In this document: positions 1 to 13,871 of the stretch, in pieces | Layout: every line of letters starts with the position of its first letter | Position numbering within the stretch: position 1 is the first letter of the stretch | From: Chiloscyllium plagiosum | Taxonomy: Eukaryota | Direction of reading: 5' to 3' | Length of the DNA: 64,000 nucleotides | Assembly: GCF_004010195.1 (NCBI RefSeq) | Contig: NC_057756.1 | Coordinates: forward strand, 4,123,603 to 4,187,602 | Translations under genes and position numbers: made by a program | Notes under the pieces: generated by a model | Databases searched by the model: none | Told to the model about the DNA's origin: nothing | Seen by the model: only the letters and a program-made list of their open reading frames with translations

Positions 1-362
1 GTGTAGAGGGATTGGATATCTATGGTGAAGATGAGGCGTTGGGGGCCGGGGGAACGGAAGTCTTGGAGGAGGTGGAAGGCGTGGGTGGTGTCTCCAACGT
101 ATGTGGGGAGTTCCTGGACTAGGGGGGATAGGACAGTGTCAAGGTAGGTAGAGATGAGTTCAGCGGAGCAGGAGCATGCTGAGACAATGGGTCGGCCAGG
201 GTGGTCAGGCTTGTGGATCTTGGGAAGGAGGTAGAACCGGGCAGTGCGGGGTTCCCGGACTATGAGGTTGGAAGCTTGGGTGTGCGCCAGACTACCACTG
301 CGCCCCCTTATCCGCTGGCTTGATGGTGAGGTTGGAATTGGAGCAGAGGGATTGGAGGGCTG
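1..362 (-). mobile_element. Penelope-like element RT fragment (runs off the window edge)
   Basis: minus strand encodes TIKPADK and FYLLPKIHKPDHPGRPIVS, typical PLE RT N-terminal motifs. Confidence 0.85.
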
Positions 363-365
363 TGC

Positions 366-700
366 TTGTTCCATATGGTAACCACTCTCTGCGTAAAAAT
401 GTTGCTACTTAGGTCCCTTTTAAAACGTTCTCCTCTCAACTTAAATCAACTCCGTCTCGTTCTGGACTACCCTGCCCACGGGTGAAGAACTAGGCTTTTC
501 ATCCTATCCACGCCACTCATTATACTAGAAAAATCTGTAAGGCAATTCTCAGTCTCCGACTCTCCAGGCAAAATAGCATCCGCTCATTCTGTCCCTCCGA
601 ATAACTCAAACCCTCGAAACATGCCAACACATCCTTCTAAATCTTGTCTGAAACGTTCAATTTTCAAACATTCTTCATATGACAGGGATACTAGAATTAC
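366..700 (-). mobile_element. degenerate CR1 LINE 3' fragment
   Basis: resembles the reverse complement of the CR1 ORF2 C-terminus/3' end seen at 31000-31350. Confidence 0.6.
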
Positions 701-1469
701 AGAACGTTTCATTACTTCGTGGATCTGTTAGTAATGCAGCATTACTGAAAACTTCTGTTAAAACAATGCGTGTCTAGTCTGCTCTGGATTTTTTTCAATT
801 TTTTTTCATGAGTTTGATTCTATGAGGACATCTATTTGCATTTAGTGCAAATCCATAATTGCACTCGAGCTGATAATTTGCTTGTTCAAAGACTCCATGT
901 GTTGTACGGGTAGAAATCTCTGTTTGGAAGGATGTCCTAGAATTTGAAGCATGGCATTGATTAAATGGTGATACGGATCTATGTGACTGTGATCCCTGGC
1001 CGATTTTGAATTGAAACGTGTTGACATCGCCATGCAATGCTGTCAATGTTCCTTTTGGTGGTAAAATGAATTTGGGTTTGAATCGTACTTTTCAAAGAGT
1101 CTGCTTGAGTTGTTCTAGTTTAAGTGGTACAGACTATCGTGTCAATTCGACAATAGCAGCAAACAAAAAAAGAATCCGCATAACATATAAGCTGGACTGC
1201 AGATTAAATGCACAACTTTGTCTATGAGTGTTTCCAAATTCAATGGTGATACTGGAACTGAGCTTATGGCATGATGTGAACTGTAATCGAACAAAGGTTT
1301 GACATGTGGCTTTCCAAAACTGGACAAGTTTTGGTGTATCAGCAGGTGAACTTTTCACAGCAGAATCATAAGTTCAGATCTGTTATTTTGCTCAAACTAA
1401 TTGGACAGTTCATTCGGTTCGTGGTTCTTCTGGTCAGCTCCGAGAAATTGCTTGGGCGAGCGGAGCACA

Positions 1470-1501
<32 letters not shown>
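1470..1501. repeat. G32 homopolymer
   Basis: direct read. Confidence 0.95.
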
Positions 1502-1502
<1 letters not shown>

Positions 1503-2039
1503 GGGGGGCGGTGGCGGTGGTGTGATGTTGGTATTTCGGAATTGTTGTTTTGATTGCCGAAGATTGAACTTATTGGAGAGCTTCATTGCCTAGAAATCGG
1601 TTAATGTAGTTGTTTATTTGTCGATTCGTTGTTGGTAAGTCTGTTTTAGCTCCTCAGTGTAGTGTTTGACTTTGCTGCGGCTTTAGTAAGTGTATTTGAT
1701 ATTTGTAAGAAAAGTTTTAATGCAGAGGCAGTGAGCAGTGTAGAACAGTCAATAAGGTTAGCAGTTTGTGATATTAATGCATCCTGAATTGTTGTGGTCA
1801 ACCTCCCACTGTATCAGGAATTTTCGTTTTAGATTTCAGTAGCAAATGTTGAGCTCTTGACATAGAGGACTTTGTTTTTGCATTTCTCGCGTCCAACAAA
1901 AAGCTGAGCTTGTTTTTCGTTCTGCCACTTCAGTTGCATGCAAGCCAATTTGTATCCTGAATTTGCCTTTTGTCTGGTGGTGGGAATATGAAATGTTCTA
2001 TAGTGGAACAGTTGATAAATAATATATAACAGTACTTAA

Positions 2040-2280
2040 TATTGTTTTAATGTTTTGCACAAGAGTCCCAGTCCATCTTTTATTGTTGTTGAATATTAAA
2101 CTTCATGAATAAATACCGAGTGTCTTGCTAAAATCATGTAGTTTAATAATCTAGCTCCATCTGGATGCAACACTTTGCATTTAGTTTTAAAATAGGAAAA
2201 TGTTAGAGCTTGGGTTAGCTTTTGAATATTTTGAATGCGGATGGGCTGGGCCAAAACAAATTGAGGTCTATTCTCGGGAT
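2040..2280 (+). mobile_element. 3' part of the 5' LTR plus degenerate tRNA-Pro primer-binding site of a Gmr1-like element
   Basis: LTR ends ...gggctgggccaaaaca (2258), like ...ggcctggtccgtaaca (7469) and the reverse complement near 48940-48960; followed by tgaggtctattctcgggat, similar to TGGGGGCTCGTCCGGGAT; left boundary not resolved. Confidence 0.55.
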
Positions 2281-2361
2281 CAAATCTCCAAATTCACATG
2301 GCATCCAGATTGTTGGGCTCAAAAGCAGCGAGTTGTAAGTTTTACTGTGTTTTAAATTGTA

Positions 2362-2666
2362 TTAGACCCTCTACGATGGGGAAAAAGATCCTTTGGCCTA
2401 ATAAGTCCACACCGCCCCTCCGAAGATAAACCCACCCAGAACCATTTCCCTCTGACTAATGCATCTAACTCTATGGGGAATTTAGCATGGCCAATTTATC
2501 TGACCTGCACATCTTTGGACTGTGGGAGGAAATCAGAGCACCCGGGGGAAACCCACGCAGACATGGGGAGAACCTGCAAACTCCACATAGGCAATCGCCC
2601 GAGGCTGCAATTCAACCTGAGACCCTGGTGCTGTGAGGCAGCAGTGCTAACCACTGAGCCACCGTT
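2362..2666 (-). mobile_element. HE1-like tRNA-derived SINE
   Basis: reverse complement reads cggtggctcagtggttagcactgctgcctcacagc... with a B-box-like ggttgaattgc and the core tggagtttgca.gttctcccc; several copies in the window. Confidence 0.85.
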
Positions 2667-2769
2667 AACTTTGCTGAGGTGAACTTTTGTGTATTAATAC
2701 ATTTGTCACTTACTGTGAGATTGGCGGGCAAGAGTTCAATTTGGGACTTATACAAAAAGTGATCAAGCC

Positions 2770-5700
2770 AAAGACTTCCGAATTTATAAAAACTTTGGCG
2801 TGCCTGTGTCGGTGAGAAAAGAGACATGGTTTTAGAAATCCTGGAGCATTTCCAACTGGCAGAAATGTCATTAAAATCGTCGGAAATGGCTCCACGTTAT
2901 CTGCGAATGAAGCAGATATAATTAGGCACAATGTTATGGGAAATACCAAAGAAAGTAAAAACACTAACTGCACAACAACAAAAAAAAGGCACTGGCTAAA
3001 CAGGAAGAAAGAGAAAATGAAATGAAACATTATGAATTACAATTGAAAGTAGAGAATGTAGAAAAGTCATGAAAGGACCATAGCAGATGAAACAGCAGAA
3101 TAAAGTGAGGGTTTGAACGTCAGAGGTTGGCAATTGGAGAGGACAGCCGACATAACAAGGTGCAGCCGAAGGTAGAAAGTTGACTTATCTTGGAGGATAG
3201 TGATGTTGAATTAATCCATCTTAGGTCATAACCCATTGGTTTCAGTCCAATTATGTACAAGTGTTGCTTCGAAGCTTTTCTTTCTAATTTCAAAAGAGAA
3301 ATGGCTAATCAAATGAAATGCTCAGTGAGCATTTGGATATCGTTTATCCAAAACACATTTGCGGCACAGCGAGTGAGATATTTGCAAATTTGCCAGAGAG
3401 TGCAGCTGGGATTTGTAATGACGTGACAAATGCTATGTCAAGTGCATATCTGCGAGAACCAGAAGTCTTCAAGCAACGTTTCACGAATCTAAGGAGTGAC
3501 TCTGACCGAATGTACATTGAGTTTGAAAAGACAAAACGAAGTGTTTTTGTTCAGTGGGCAAGGACATTGAAAATAGGGAAGACATACGACATTCTTAGAG
3601 AGACGATTAATTTTGAGGTGTTCAAAATTCACCTCGTTAAATAACGAAAACCCATGTGGAAAAGGCGATAGTGCAATCTGTGTGACTCATAACAGAAGAG
3701 GCACACAGTCTTCAGGTGGTTCTTAGATCAAAGTTCGACGTTTGACATGAATTTCATTATGTGAATCGTTCAAATTTGAGTAAAGAGAAACCCTTTAGTA
3801 GTCAGAGGACAGGCGATTACGTTGCAGATCGTAAAGATTGTTTATCACGTGATTAAAATGGAACCTCATGAGGGGGAAAGGGGAGTAAAACATCTTAGGT
3901 GTTCTCACTGCAATAATGTAGGTCATATGAAGTCGCAGTTTTCCCTTTTTTTGAAAATTCGGTCTGAGAAATAAAAAGATAAGCTCGTGTATTTTGCTGA
4001 AATAGTAAAGTAAAGCACAATGGAGTTTAAACGTTGTCACATAATGTACAGCCTGACCAGAGACTGGATGAGAACAAAGTGCCAGATCTCTTCAACGAAT
4101 TTAATTGTGAGGTAATTGTTGAATCAAAAGGCAGAAGTAGCAGGTAAGGCAGTGACAATTTTAAGAGGACTGGAACAAGCCAAACATTCATGTTGAGAGT
4201 TAAAGTGAAATCTAAATCACTAGTATTACTTAAAAAAAGGTGTTTGTATGGAGAATTCATTGTGAAATTAGCGTTTTCCCGTTATATAAAGTAAGGTCAG
4301 AGGGTCTTGTAAAAAGTGATGAAGGGTTGACCGGACAAACAGAGGAATCCTCGCTTCCAGCAATACAATTTTCCTTGGCAATGATATAGTTGGATCAAAG
4401 GTCGGAGCGTTGCCCACTGCCCTTGAAATCCGATAGAAAAACAGACAGCTGATGTGATACAAGAAGGATATTCTGGCGTTCGTTTTGCTGACAGTAAGAG
4501 AAAAAAAACTTCACAAAGTCACAAGTTGAAGCAGGAGGACATTTCAAAGAATAAAGACAATAAATTTGAGGTTCATTTTTCAAAGAATATGCATGATAAA
4601 ATGGTCGAGAAAGTACAAGAACAATCGAAAGGCATAGTTCTTAGCTCATCAATAATAACTGACTTGCATCAGAAATGTATGAGTCTAAAGCAGCTTGCAT
4701 CAAAAAAGCAACCGCAGAAGATGAATATGAGTCTATCCTGGAATATTACTGTCTTCAAAACAAAGTGTTGTAAAGGAAAGAGAAACCAACACATGTGCAG
4801 GCAGACGACAAATGAGGAGAAACTCATCAAATGTCATGCTCGGTGGAATGAAAAAAGGAAGCGTTGTTGGATAACACACGAACTTTCATTAAGACGCCAT
4901 TTGTGGCTAAGGAAAACTCCATCTAAAAAACAAAATGTAGCTTCAGAGGACTGCACTGAATAAGGGTGTGGTTGAATTTACCAACTGTGCTTTCTTTTAC
5001 CATTTCAACAAAACTCATTGACTTGTTCTGTTTTCACATATATGTAAGTCAAGTAGAGAACCTAAGTCAGTGATAAAACCATCACACTAAATAATCAATC
5101 CCACATTTGAGGAATCGGTTTAGACATCTAAATAAATAAAAAGGTGAAAATCAGTCGTTGTTGAACATAAGGGATGTGTCTTCTTGGTTCTCGGGACAAC
5201 TCCGTTCTGTATTATCACGGAGAAAAGGATTTTATAAGAGATTCTCTTTTTTAAAAATCTAGATATGGATTATCCACGGATATACAATCAGGTCAAGGGC
5301 CATACTTTATGAGAAAATCACGCCAGGAAGCTATGGATAGCTTAGTAATAGAGTAATTCGAATCCACTACTTACCACATCATCTCGCAGTCGGCTAAACA
5401 CAGTGGATTCAAACGTTATATATTCTATTCAGTGCTTAAAATGAAGACAATGCAGAGGATTGGGACAAATTATTTCCATTTATACATTTTGCAATTAATC
5501 TAGGAGGATCACTACAATTTACTGATGATTAATTGCTGAGTCAGAGGTCAGAGACCACACAATTGATCCAGGTTTTTGGTAATGATTAAGAAGAACATGT
5601 GAGTTGGTTCCACATCATTGAAAGGTAACACAACATGCGATGAAATAGGAAGCAGACAAGAAATAGCAGATGGCACAATTTTGAAACTGGAGATGCTGTC

Positions 5701-7469
5701 TCCCTTTTTATTTCCATACAATATCAAGAGGAAGTTGAGTAATGTGAATTGATTGATAAGTACAAGGAGATATGAATCCCAATAGAAAGAAAAGCAAAAA
5801 GAACACTACAGCTCAGAAATAGGCCTTCTTGCACTCGAAGCCTGCGCCGAATTCTCAAGGAAAAAGAATAAATCTCTGAGTTACCTTCAATATCGAAATC
5901 AAAATTATCTGAAATCGTTATCAAACTCAAATGGGGAGCTATGTGGGAATAATTTGGAACGGCCTAAACTAAATACACATAATCAGAGATGCTATTACAA
6001 TTAAGCAACATTCTTACAGATTGCGCTCTGAAAATTGAGCACAAGTTCCAAAAGAGATTTAATACGTTTTCAAAGACAACATAATAGAAGTGCGTAGCAA
6101 TGATTGAAGTTCAACTGTGTTCATGGATCAAAAGCAGATGGCATCCAGTGATAATTTGTGGCTTGGCACAATGTCAATGCAGTTGCAAAATCTGATTCAT
6201 ATTCAAATCCACGTTTGGAAGAAGTCATTGAGAAAGTCGGATGAATACCTTATATTTCTGAATTGGTCTGACACAAAGGATACTAGTCAGTAACATTTTT
6301 TTAAAAAGAGCGAAGACAGTTTCGGATTCTGTACCACCAAATGAACAGCACCAGTCAAAATTCATGCCATTTTATAGGAAAAAATATGTCAGCAACATTA
6401 CAAACACCAACTGATGCAGTCAATTCGGAATTATCTAAATATCCAGTGTGCATTAATGGTCTGATCATTTATTTCACGAACGTATAGAATTTTGTAGCAT
6501 TTGTATGAATTGTGTGTTCACATTGGGAGGTGAGCTGGTAACAAACATGTCTAAAAATTAAGTGTGCAAAATCCCAAGTCACTTTCCTGGGCAATGTCAA
6601 TGGACATCGAAAGATGGCCTTAAAAGATGTGAAGACAAAGTGTTTTTGTAGAGTTTGCCACAACATGGCCAAAGTGTTCAGTGCTAAGGTCCCGGGGGTT
6701 GAGTGTATGTTTTAATTTTACTGGAATGTTGTCGAGAATTTTAGCAGGATAGTTGCTCCACTGACTGAGGACTTGAAGATGTGCCGAAATTGTCAGTGGG
6801 TAGATAACTCTCAGAAGGCATTTGATAGCCTGAGAACTGCAATAACTATTTTTCCATTAAAAAACACAGCTCATAATGCAAAGAAATTAAAGTTGGCTAT
6901 CGATGCCAGTGATGTGGGTGGTTTAGTTGTTCTCTTACAAGTAGGAGGTGAGAAGATTTTAAAAAAAAATCTCCTGGGTTTTTTTTTCCCAGAAAACGAA
7001 ACGATCATCACCATAAATATTCCACAATTGAGACAAAGACCTTGAAGTAGGCACTGGTGTTGGAACGGTTCAACAGTTTTATTGGCAGTAATCTGTCCAA
7101 GACAATCTGACTGTACGAAACATGACTCCTTAATATTTTCGTGAATAAAAAAGATAACATTCCAAATTGTTTAGATGGACATTACTATTGTAGGCATTCA
7201 AACTGAAAATTACACGTGTGGCAAGGGGGGAATGCAATTGCCTAAGTAGGAAGAAATTCATTGGCAGGAAAAAGTGACTGAAATAGAATGTGGTAGTGAA
7301 TGATGTATGTTAAGAATCAATGTATCATATACGTATGGTGCACTAGCGTAATACTAAAAGTTTTTATTTAAATGAATCCATATGTGTACATTTGCTTTCA
7401 TCATAAGAAAAAGTTAAATTCTAAAATATCGTCTGAATATTTTGAGAAACGTTGGCCTGGTCCGTAACA
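2770..7469 (+). mobile_element. decayed Gmr1-type Gypsy LTR retrotransposon (gag-PR-IN-RT-RH)
   Basis: gag SAYLREPEVFKQRFTNLR...YDILRETINFEVFK (3318-3644); zinc-knuckle remnant CSHCNNVGHMKS (~3900); protease VTILR (~4150); integrase remnants 4830-5330; RT IKQHSYRL (~6000); RNase H KLAIDASDVG (~6890); LTR end at 7469; many stops and frameshifts. Confidence 0.8.
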
Positions 7470-8818
7470 AGTAGAAGGCTGAGCTAACCAGCATTCAGTT
7501 GTTTGAATGAATGGGGCATGATTTAGCACAGAGAAACTGTCAAAGTGAAATGAAACATTAGTTTTATTCCTCACTTCCAGAAGCTGCTTCAGTTTGTCTA
7601 TAAGTAGATGTGGCGGATCAACTCTGAGAACGATTTACCTGATTTAGCGACATATTTGATAGTAATAAGTTCCTTTCTATGTATTTTTTCCCTGCTAATC
7701 GATCCTGGCCAGTATTTTGTTCCTCTGTGTGCAGAGTTGGGGAGGACAAAAATATCATTTGCAAGTTGTTTTGTTTTACTTCGTGATGTACAAATTGCTT
7801 ACCAACTCAAACTATTCTGCAAAGAAACATGCAAATACTTTATAAAGTAGTTAGCTTCATGCTCATGAATCTTATTTCTATTAATGTTCTGACACATATC
7901 AAGAATATACTTTCGATTTAAGTTTTTTATTAAATGGGTGAAGAAAATCCAGATTACACATTTGGTTCGCACATATAATTGCATTATCATTTCTATGGCA
8001 TCACATGAGGTGGATGGCGAAAGTTTCATGCTATCTACCAACTTTTTTTTTCAATCACCAGGTTCCATGGGGGTGTTCTACTTTCATTTTGCGTAGCTAT
8101 TTCAAGACTCATCACGCATCCCTTTCTAAAGAGGAACGTTATTAACACTTGTTTCGTCCCTCCACAAACTTTAGGAAGTTGGATTATATATATTGTAGGG
8201 TGTCTCAAGGAGATCATTTACACCTGCAGTCCTCTCAATGTACATAAAATGCAATTCAAATCGAGATAATTGACAAAATTGTGTGTTGTGTTAATTTATA
8301 ATTAATGTTTTTATTTAGTTCCATAAAATGAAAACGTTGCTTGCTGTATCACAGACGCTGGAGGTTAGGTTTGATAAATACAAAGAAATTTGTTGCTCTA
8401 ATGAAAGGCCAACGTCCGTCTATTCAAGAGGGACAAGGATAGGAAATAATATACCGTATATCTCACAGAGCTAAAAGTATCCATTTTAAATGGTGAAGAA
8501 GAGTTCAATTAAACATTTTTGCACAGAGGGGAAAAAGCAAGCCCACAAGATGTTAAGGGAGACATTACTGATTTTCAAACTCAATAATAGAACATGATAG
8601 TTGAGTATTGTGTATTTCAAACGAAGTAAATATATTTTCCATTATTTATTAAGCGTCTGTACGTACAACAAGCAGCACATAATATAGAAGATAATTGTGA
8701 TGATCACAATGTAATTGTTTGTACTAACTATACAAAATCAAAACTACATTTCACAATTTTAGATATTCTTCTGACTTCCTTAGTTTTCCAATTGAGTTAA
8801 TATTGTCACTTCTTTAAG

Positions 8819-8845
8819 GTTGCAGTGATCTCTTCGATGATTTGG
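8819..8845 (+). CDS. 27-nt phase-1 microexon 1 of an unnamed coiled-coil gene (xCSDLFDDL)
   Basis: tattgtcacttctttaag|GTTGCAGTGATCTCTTCGATGATTTGG|gtgaga; open in phase 1; heptad register continues into the next exon. Confidence 0.65.
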
Positions 8846-11800
8846 GTGAGATTGTTTTTTTTTTATTTCTGAATACTAAGTTGTAACTGCATTAAGGCAA
8901 TTTCTTCATAGATGAAAACTTGGAATAATTTAGGGTTTTAACGATCTCTGCAATGAAGGAACGATTGCTTTTATTCTGAGAGTTGATTGTATGTGGCGAT
9001 ATCGGCATTGACATAATTGCAGTAGAGATTTTACCCATACATTACTTTTTTCACTCGTAACTGCACTGTCATTTAGAAAGAAAACACACGGAAATGCGAA
9101 CAGAAATTAAATATTTGAATTAGCCGAATCAATTTCCTAAACCAGAATTAATTCTTTCCCAAGAGAGACAAAAGCTAAAGAAAGTTAAAACAAAGTGGGA
9201 TCTTTGCTGAATTGTTGACGTGTCGCGTTACTGAGGTTCAAAACATTACTAGCTAGTACTTCAACCAGCTTAATGTAAGAAAGTCTCTGATGAAATAAAT
9301 GTCAAAACACAAGGGCTAACCCCTCAAACAGGGAGAGTTGCACAGCTTCTCAGCTCAGGTGGCTGCGTAGCTAATTTTCAAGGCTGAGTAATGTAAACAT
9401 GAAGATCCAATCCTACTTCTCAAACTGTCCCTTCACCAAATGTTTGTTAACCCTTACGTTGAAACATGATAGACAATCACTCCGGTCTGCAATGCAAACT
9501 TAAGCTGCAACCTATTCAATTTTCGTCTCGAAAACGATAACATTTGGGTGAATATGATCGAGGTAACATGGAGTAAGAAAATAAAAGCAGTATACTGAGA
9601 ATGTTCGGAGTACTGTTATCATGATGCCATAGAGATGACTTTCGAGTGCAATTCTCCGACAGAGACAAATCAAATACACAACATCTGGTTTACAAACTAT
9701 GCTTCATTTATTTATTTTTTGTGGAAAGTTCAGGAGAAATGCTCTTCTGAGTTTGAATGTCATTTCATGTCTAAGTGAAACGAAACCTGATTCAGCATTG
9801 TTTTCTCAGGATCTGGCTTCCCATGTAATCAATAAGAATACAGCACTTATCGTGAATAATTTTAAACTTGATAGATTTCAAATTATCCCGATCATAAATG
9901 GGCTGTGTTTATTCTTTTTTTCTATGTGACAATTAGATATATTAACCATTTCAACAGCCTCTTCCATACCTTTTCAATACTGAAAAGGGGCATTTCGGGA
10001 TTTGATTACTGAAGCTCCACTTAAATTTAGTAAACTTGGCATCATCAAGTGGAGAGCATCATATTTGTTTGGCACTCGATTACTGCCTTCACTAATCTCT
10101 CCATTCACCATGAAAGCACAGTGGAATCATTGAGAACAAATGATTTGGATTGCATCAAACAATCATTTTCAAAGCTGTGATCTTTAAGAAAGACAGGGGC
10201 AGCGGATTTAAGGGAACAGTGTAACGTGCGACACATTGTCCCAACTTTAAATCAAAGATACAGTAAATACGTTGAATAGGTATTCAGTTCTGCACTGATA
10301 TTCAATATGATTATGGATGATTATCCAATTCAGAACTCCGTTTACTTTTTACTTCATTATTTTTCTAATTTCTTCATATCCAGTGATTCAGCTTTACGAT
10401 CAGTCAATACCTCCTTCAGTCAGCATTCGGCCTTGGCAATTTATGAGGTTCATCAATCCCAAAGCTCATTTTCCCCTGGTTAAAGAAATTTATCCTCATC
10501 ACAGATGTAAATGACTCACCCAACATACATGATCCGCCACCTCTGGTTCTGTACTCCCCAGTCATCGGGAAAGTGTTCCCATTTTTAGCCGGCCTAGTGC
10601 TGTTAGAATTTTATTGGTTTCTATGAGATTTCCACTCAGTGTCCTAAATTTCAGTGCATATAGCCCTAAATGATCCAAACTCTTTTCTTTACTCAGTCCT
10701 GTCATTAGAAGAATCAGACTGTAAAATATTTTTCTTCACTTTTTCCAAAGCCAGAAAATCCCGCCTTCAACAAGGATAGGTCCTGGTCATAACCTGGAGT
10801 AGGGGGTATACCCCCATCCTAACAGTGACTCCAGTATAAAACTTGGAAATATATTCTGAACAAAGCTGTGGGTGTCACGGTCCAGATGAGCCTGTTGTGT
10901 TTAAAAAGCTGGACGTCCCATCTGCCTGTGGGTTATCCATGGGCAGCAAATTACCGTCTAGTCAATGATACTATGATTAAAGATTAAATGTTAGGAATGG
11001 CAATTGAAGCCTTTAGTAAATCGTTCACACTGCACCTGGATCAGCACAATGGTAGTGAACAATGCAGTCATTGTCATATCACAGGGAAATTCACTTTATC
11101 ACATTGAGTCGGCACAGATTTATTTTGCTGATTTATTTTATATGTGTGACTACGTGTTGCGTGTGTATGTGTTGCATGAGTGGAAGAGAGAGAAAGACAA
11201 GGAGAGAAATTGACAGAAAGATTGAAAGAGAGAGACTTGCAGTTTAAATAATAATTTAATACCTACATCAATGCATAAACATGTAACTGATTCTTATAAA
11301 AATAATATTTTTTTCCTAAGTTTGCTTGGCATCCTTCCACGACTCTGGACAATGAAGTTTCCATTACACGTTTACTCTCGTTTGCTCTGCTATCGGTTAG
11401 CAATATGCATATCCCTTTAGATTATTTCTGCTTTGCTTGATGGTACACATTCCGAGGTTTGAATGTTAACATAACAGCATTAAATGGCAGGTTTATGGTC
11501 CTTCACTGCAGATCAGGTATTTTCTTTGTTTCTGTAGCTGATACTGGAGATTGACTTGATTCCTAGAGTTCACGCTTGAACGGTCCATTTTTCTGTCCTA
11601 AAAATGCTGCTGATAATTTCCACCATCTTTCCCATAACAGCCCAAAATATTTCTATATTTATTTGAACTGTTACCGTCTGTATATACCTAAGGTAAACAT
11701 AGAGCATCCTTTTATGTTCCTGCACAGTAGTAATTCGTCTGCTTATCGGTCTTCTTTTTATTTAACCATTATGCTTCCCTCAGACATTTCGTTTTTTCAA

Positions 11801-12014
11801 TTATTCATGTCGCTACATGAAATATTTTGTTTGATTCCTTGTTTGGATTGCATTCAAAAATGGAATGTCTTCCTATGAGATTGTGTGTCTCTGCTGGAAA
11901 AAAATAATGATTGTGCACACTCTTTTTATATGGGAAACGTACAACTCAAATACATGACTGAATTGTCTCAAACAATGTTTTTATTGACATAAATAATTAT
12001 TTATCTGTTTGCAG

Positions 12015-12041
12015 CACGGTCACTTTTGGAGAAGGATAAGG
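12015..12041 (+). CDS. 27-nt phase-1 microexon 2 (ARSLLEKDK)
   Basis: ttatctgtttgcag|CACGGTCACTTTTGGAGAAGGATAAGG|gtaatg; peptide resembles exon 9 (LLEKDK vs LLKKNK). Confidence 0.8.
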
Positions 12042-12499
12042 GTAATGTGCCACATTTAATTCTTCAATGTGTATACATACACACATAAGCACATACAGAC
12101 ACAAACACACATACATATATGTAACAAGACGCAAGTGTAAATGTACTTCACATTACTCTCATCGTGATATTGCTTGTGAAAGTGTCAGGAAACATACAGT
12201 AGTGATGGCAGTTTGTGTGACTGAAGACGATTCCGCAGTGGCATTCTACTGGATTAGTGCTGGGTCTCGAGTTACTTGTGATATTCAGAGATGACACAGA
12301 GTAGAAAGTGGATATGGCAAGAATTAACGAGAAGGGCACGAAGACTCGCTGGTGCTTGACAGTAAGGATGCTGCTGAGATACACAAGATTGGAGCTGATT
12401 GATCAGAGGGGCGTGTGAGTGGCAGATGATATTTGAAGCCATTAAACAGGACTTTGGAAGAAAGGACGGGACAAGGGATAACTCAATGAATAGCAAAAA

Positions 12500-13045
12500 T
12501 CTTGGAATTTCAAAGGAAAAAGTGGACTACTCATGGTGGCAAGACAAGTTAATATGTAATCAAGAAGTATAGGGAATGTTAACTGTGTGAATTGGAGCAT
12601 ATATAACGAAACTCTGGCGGTCACGTTGTCGATATACCGAAATTTGGTAAGGCTTAAATTGGAGTACTGTTGTCCAGTTTAGTCAAAACACAAAAGGAAG
12701 AATGCGTTTATCACTCAAGTTGTGCAAAAGGATATTCAACAGTATGTTGCAAGGAATGGAACGTTTTGCATATGAAGAGAATCTGGATAAAATCGTATTG
12801 TTTTCCTTGGAGCAGGGACAGTGGCCGAGGACACGGTCGAGGTATAGACTATTATGGACCCATGGACAATGTAAATTGAAAGCAGGTTTTCTTGGTTAAA
12901 GTGGAAGTTAAAATGAGACGTGACTTTAAAATTAAACTCAAAGAGTTTTTTGGCTAATTCAAAACAAATCTTTGCTGTCAGAAATTTGTGCAACTATGGT
13001 TGGAGCGGAACACATCACAACATGAATCACGTTTGAGTGTCACAA
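12500..13045 (+). mobile_element. highly degenerate CR1 3' fragment
   Basis: ttggtaaggcttaaattggagtactgttgtccagttt corresponds to the LVRPxLEYCVQF motif. Confidence 0.55.
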
Positions 13046-13049
13046 CATT

Positions 13050-13850
13050 CAGGTCATGCAGGAAACCGCAAAAGATTCAGTACTGAATGCAGTGCAATGT
13101 CGGTCTGAGGCAACATGAAGGCTTCGACAGGTTTGCTTAGAATTTTTAGACAGGTCCACACTCAACAAGACAGCAGATAACCTAATAGAATACATCATTG
13201 CTGTTATAGACGTCATTAGTACATGTTTAGAAGGCTGCATATTGAAGACGTTAATTCAAGTGTTCCCCAAATTGAAACTGTGGAAGAAACAGGTGACCAA
13301 CCCTTACTGAATTCCACCTCTGAGCCGTTCAGATCAGGTAATCCTGACTTATAAAGGAAATCCAGGTCTGATCTTCGTATGGCCATCAGACATGTCAAAA
13401 GGCATACTAAATTGAAACTGAAACCAAGAGCAACCATTCGAATATCCTATGATTGTATCAAGATTTAAAATATATCATAATTTACTATGGACATGCTTGA
13501 CAATACGTTCAGTGCATTCTACGTATGCATTGAACAGATGGACATTGAAACGATGCCCCCTCTCCAAACAACCTCGGATGAATCTGTACCCACGTTAGGT
13601 TGAGAGTGAAGCTGTGAAATGAGAATGAACACGATGGAGTTCTGGGCCGTGTGCTCAGATTCTGTGCAGACCAGTTAGCGGGAGATTTTTGCAGACATTT
13701 AAATTCTTCTTACAACAATCCCATGTCCCCACTTGCTTCTTAAATACAAGCATCATCCCACCACAAAAGAAATGTCATGCAGTGTACCTCATGACTGCCA
13801 CCCGGTGGCCCTGAACTCCACAATTGTGAAGTCCTTTCAGATGTTAGACA
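13050..13850 (+). mobile_element. Rex1/Babar-type LINE fragment
   Basis: remnants of IQVFPKLKLW, FRSGNPDLYRKSRSDLRMAIR, GRVLRFCADQLAG and DCHPVALNSTIVKSF, matching the Rex1 region upstream of RT. Confidence 0.7.
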
Positions 13851-13871
13851 ATTCAAGGTACCTTCGGGCAA

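Noticed and set aside
11320..11880. Possible Ig-like or other coding remnant (NITALNGRFMVLHC)
   Set aside because: Stops interrupt this frame on both sides, and no second Ig cysteine or tryptophan motif or usable exon boundaries were seen.
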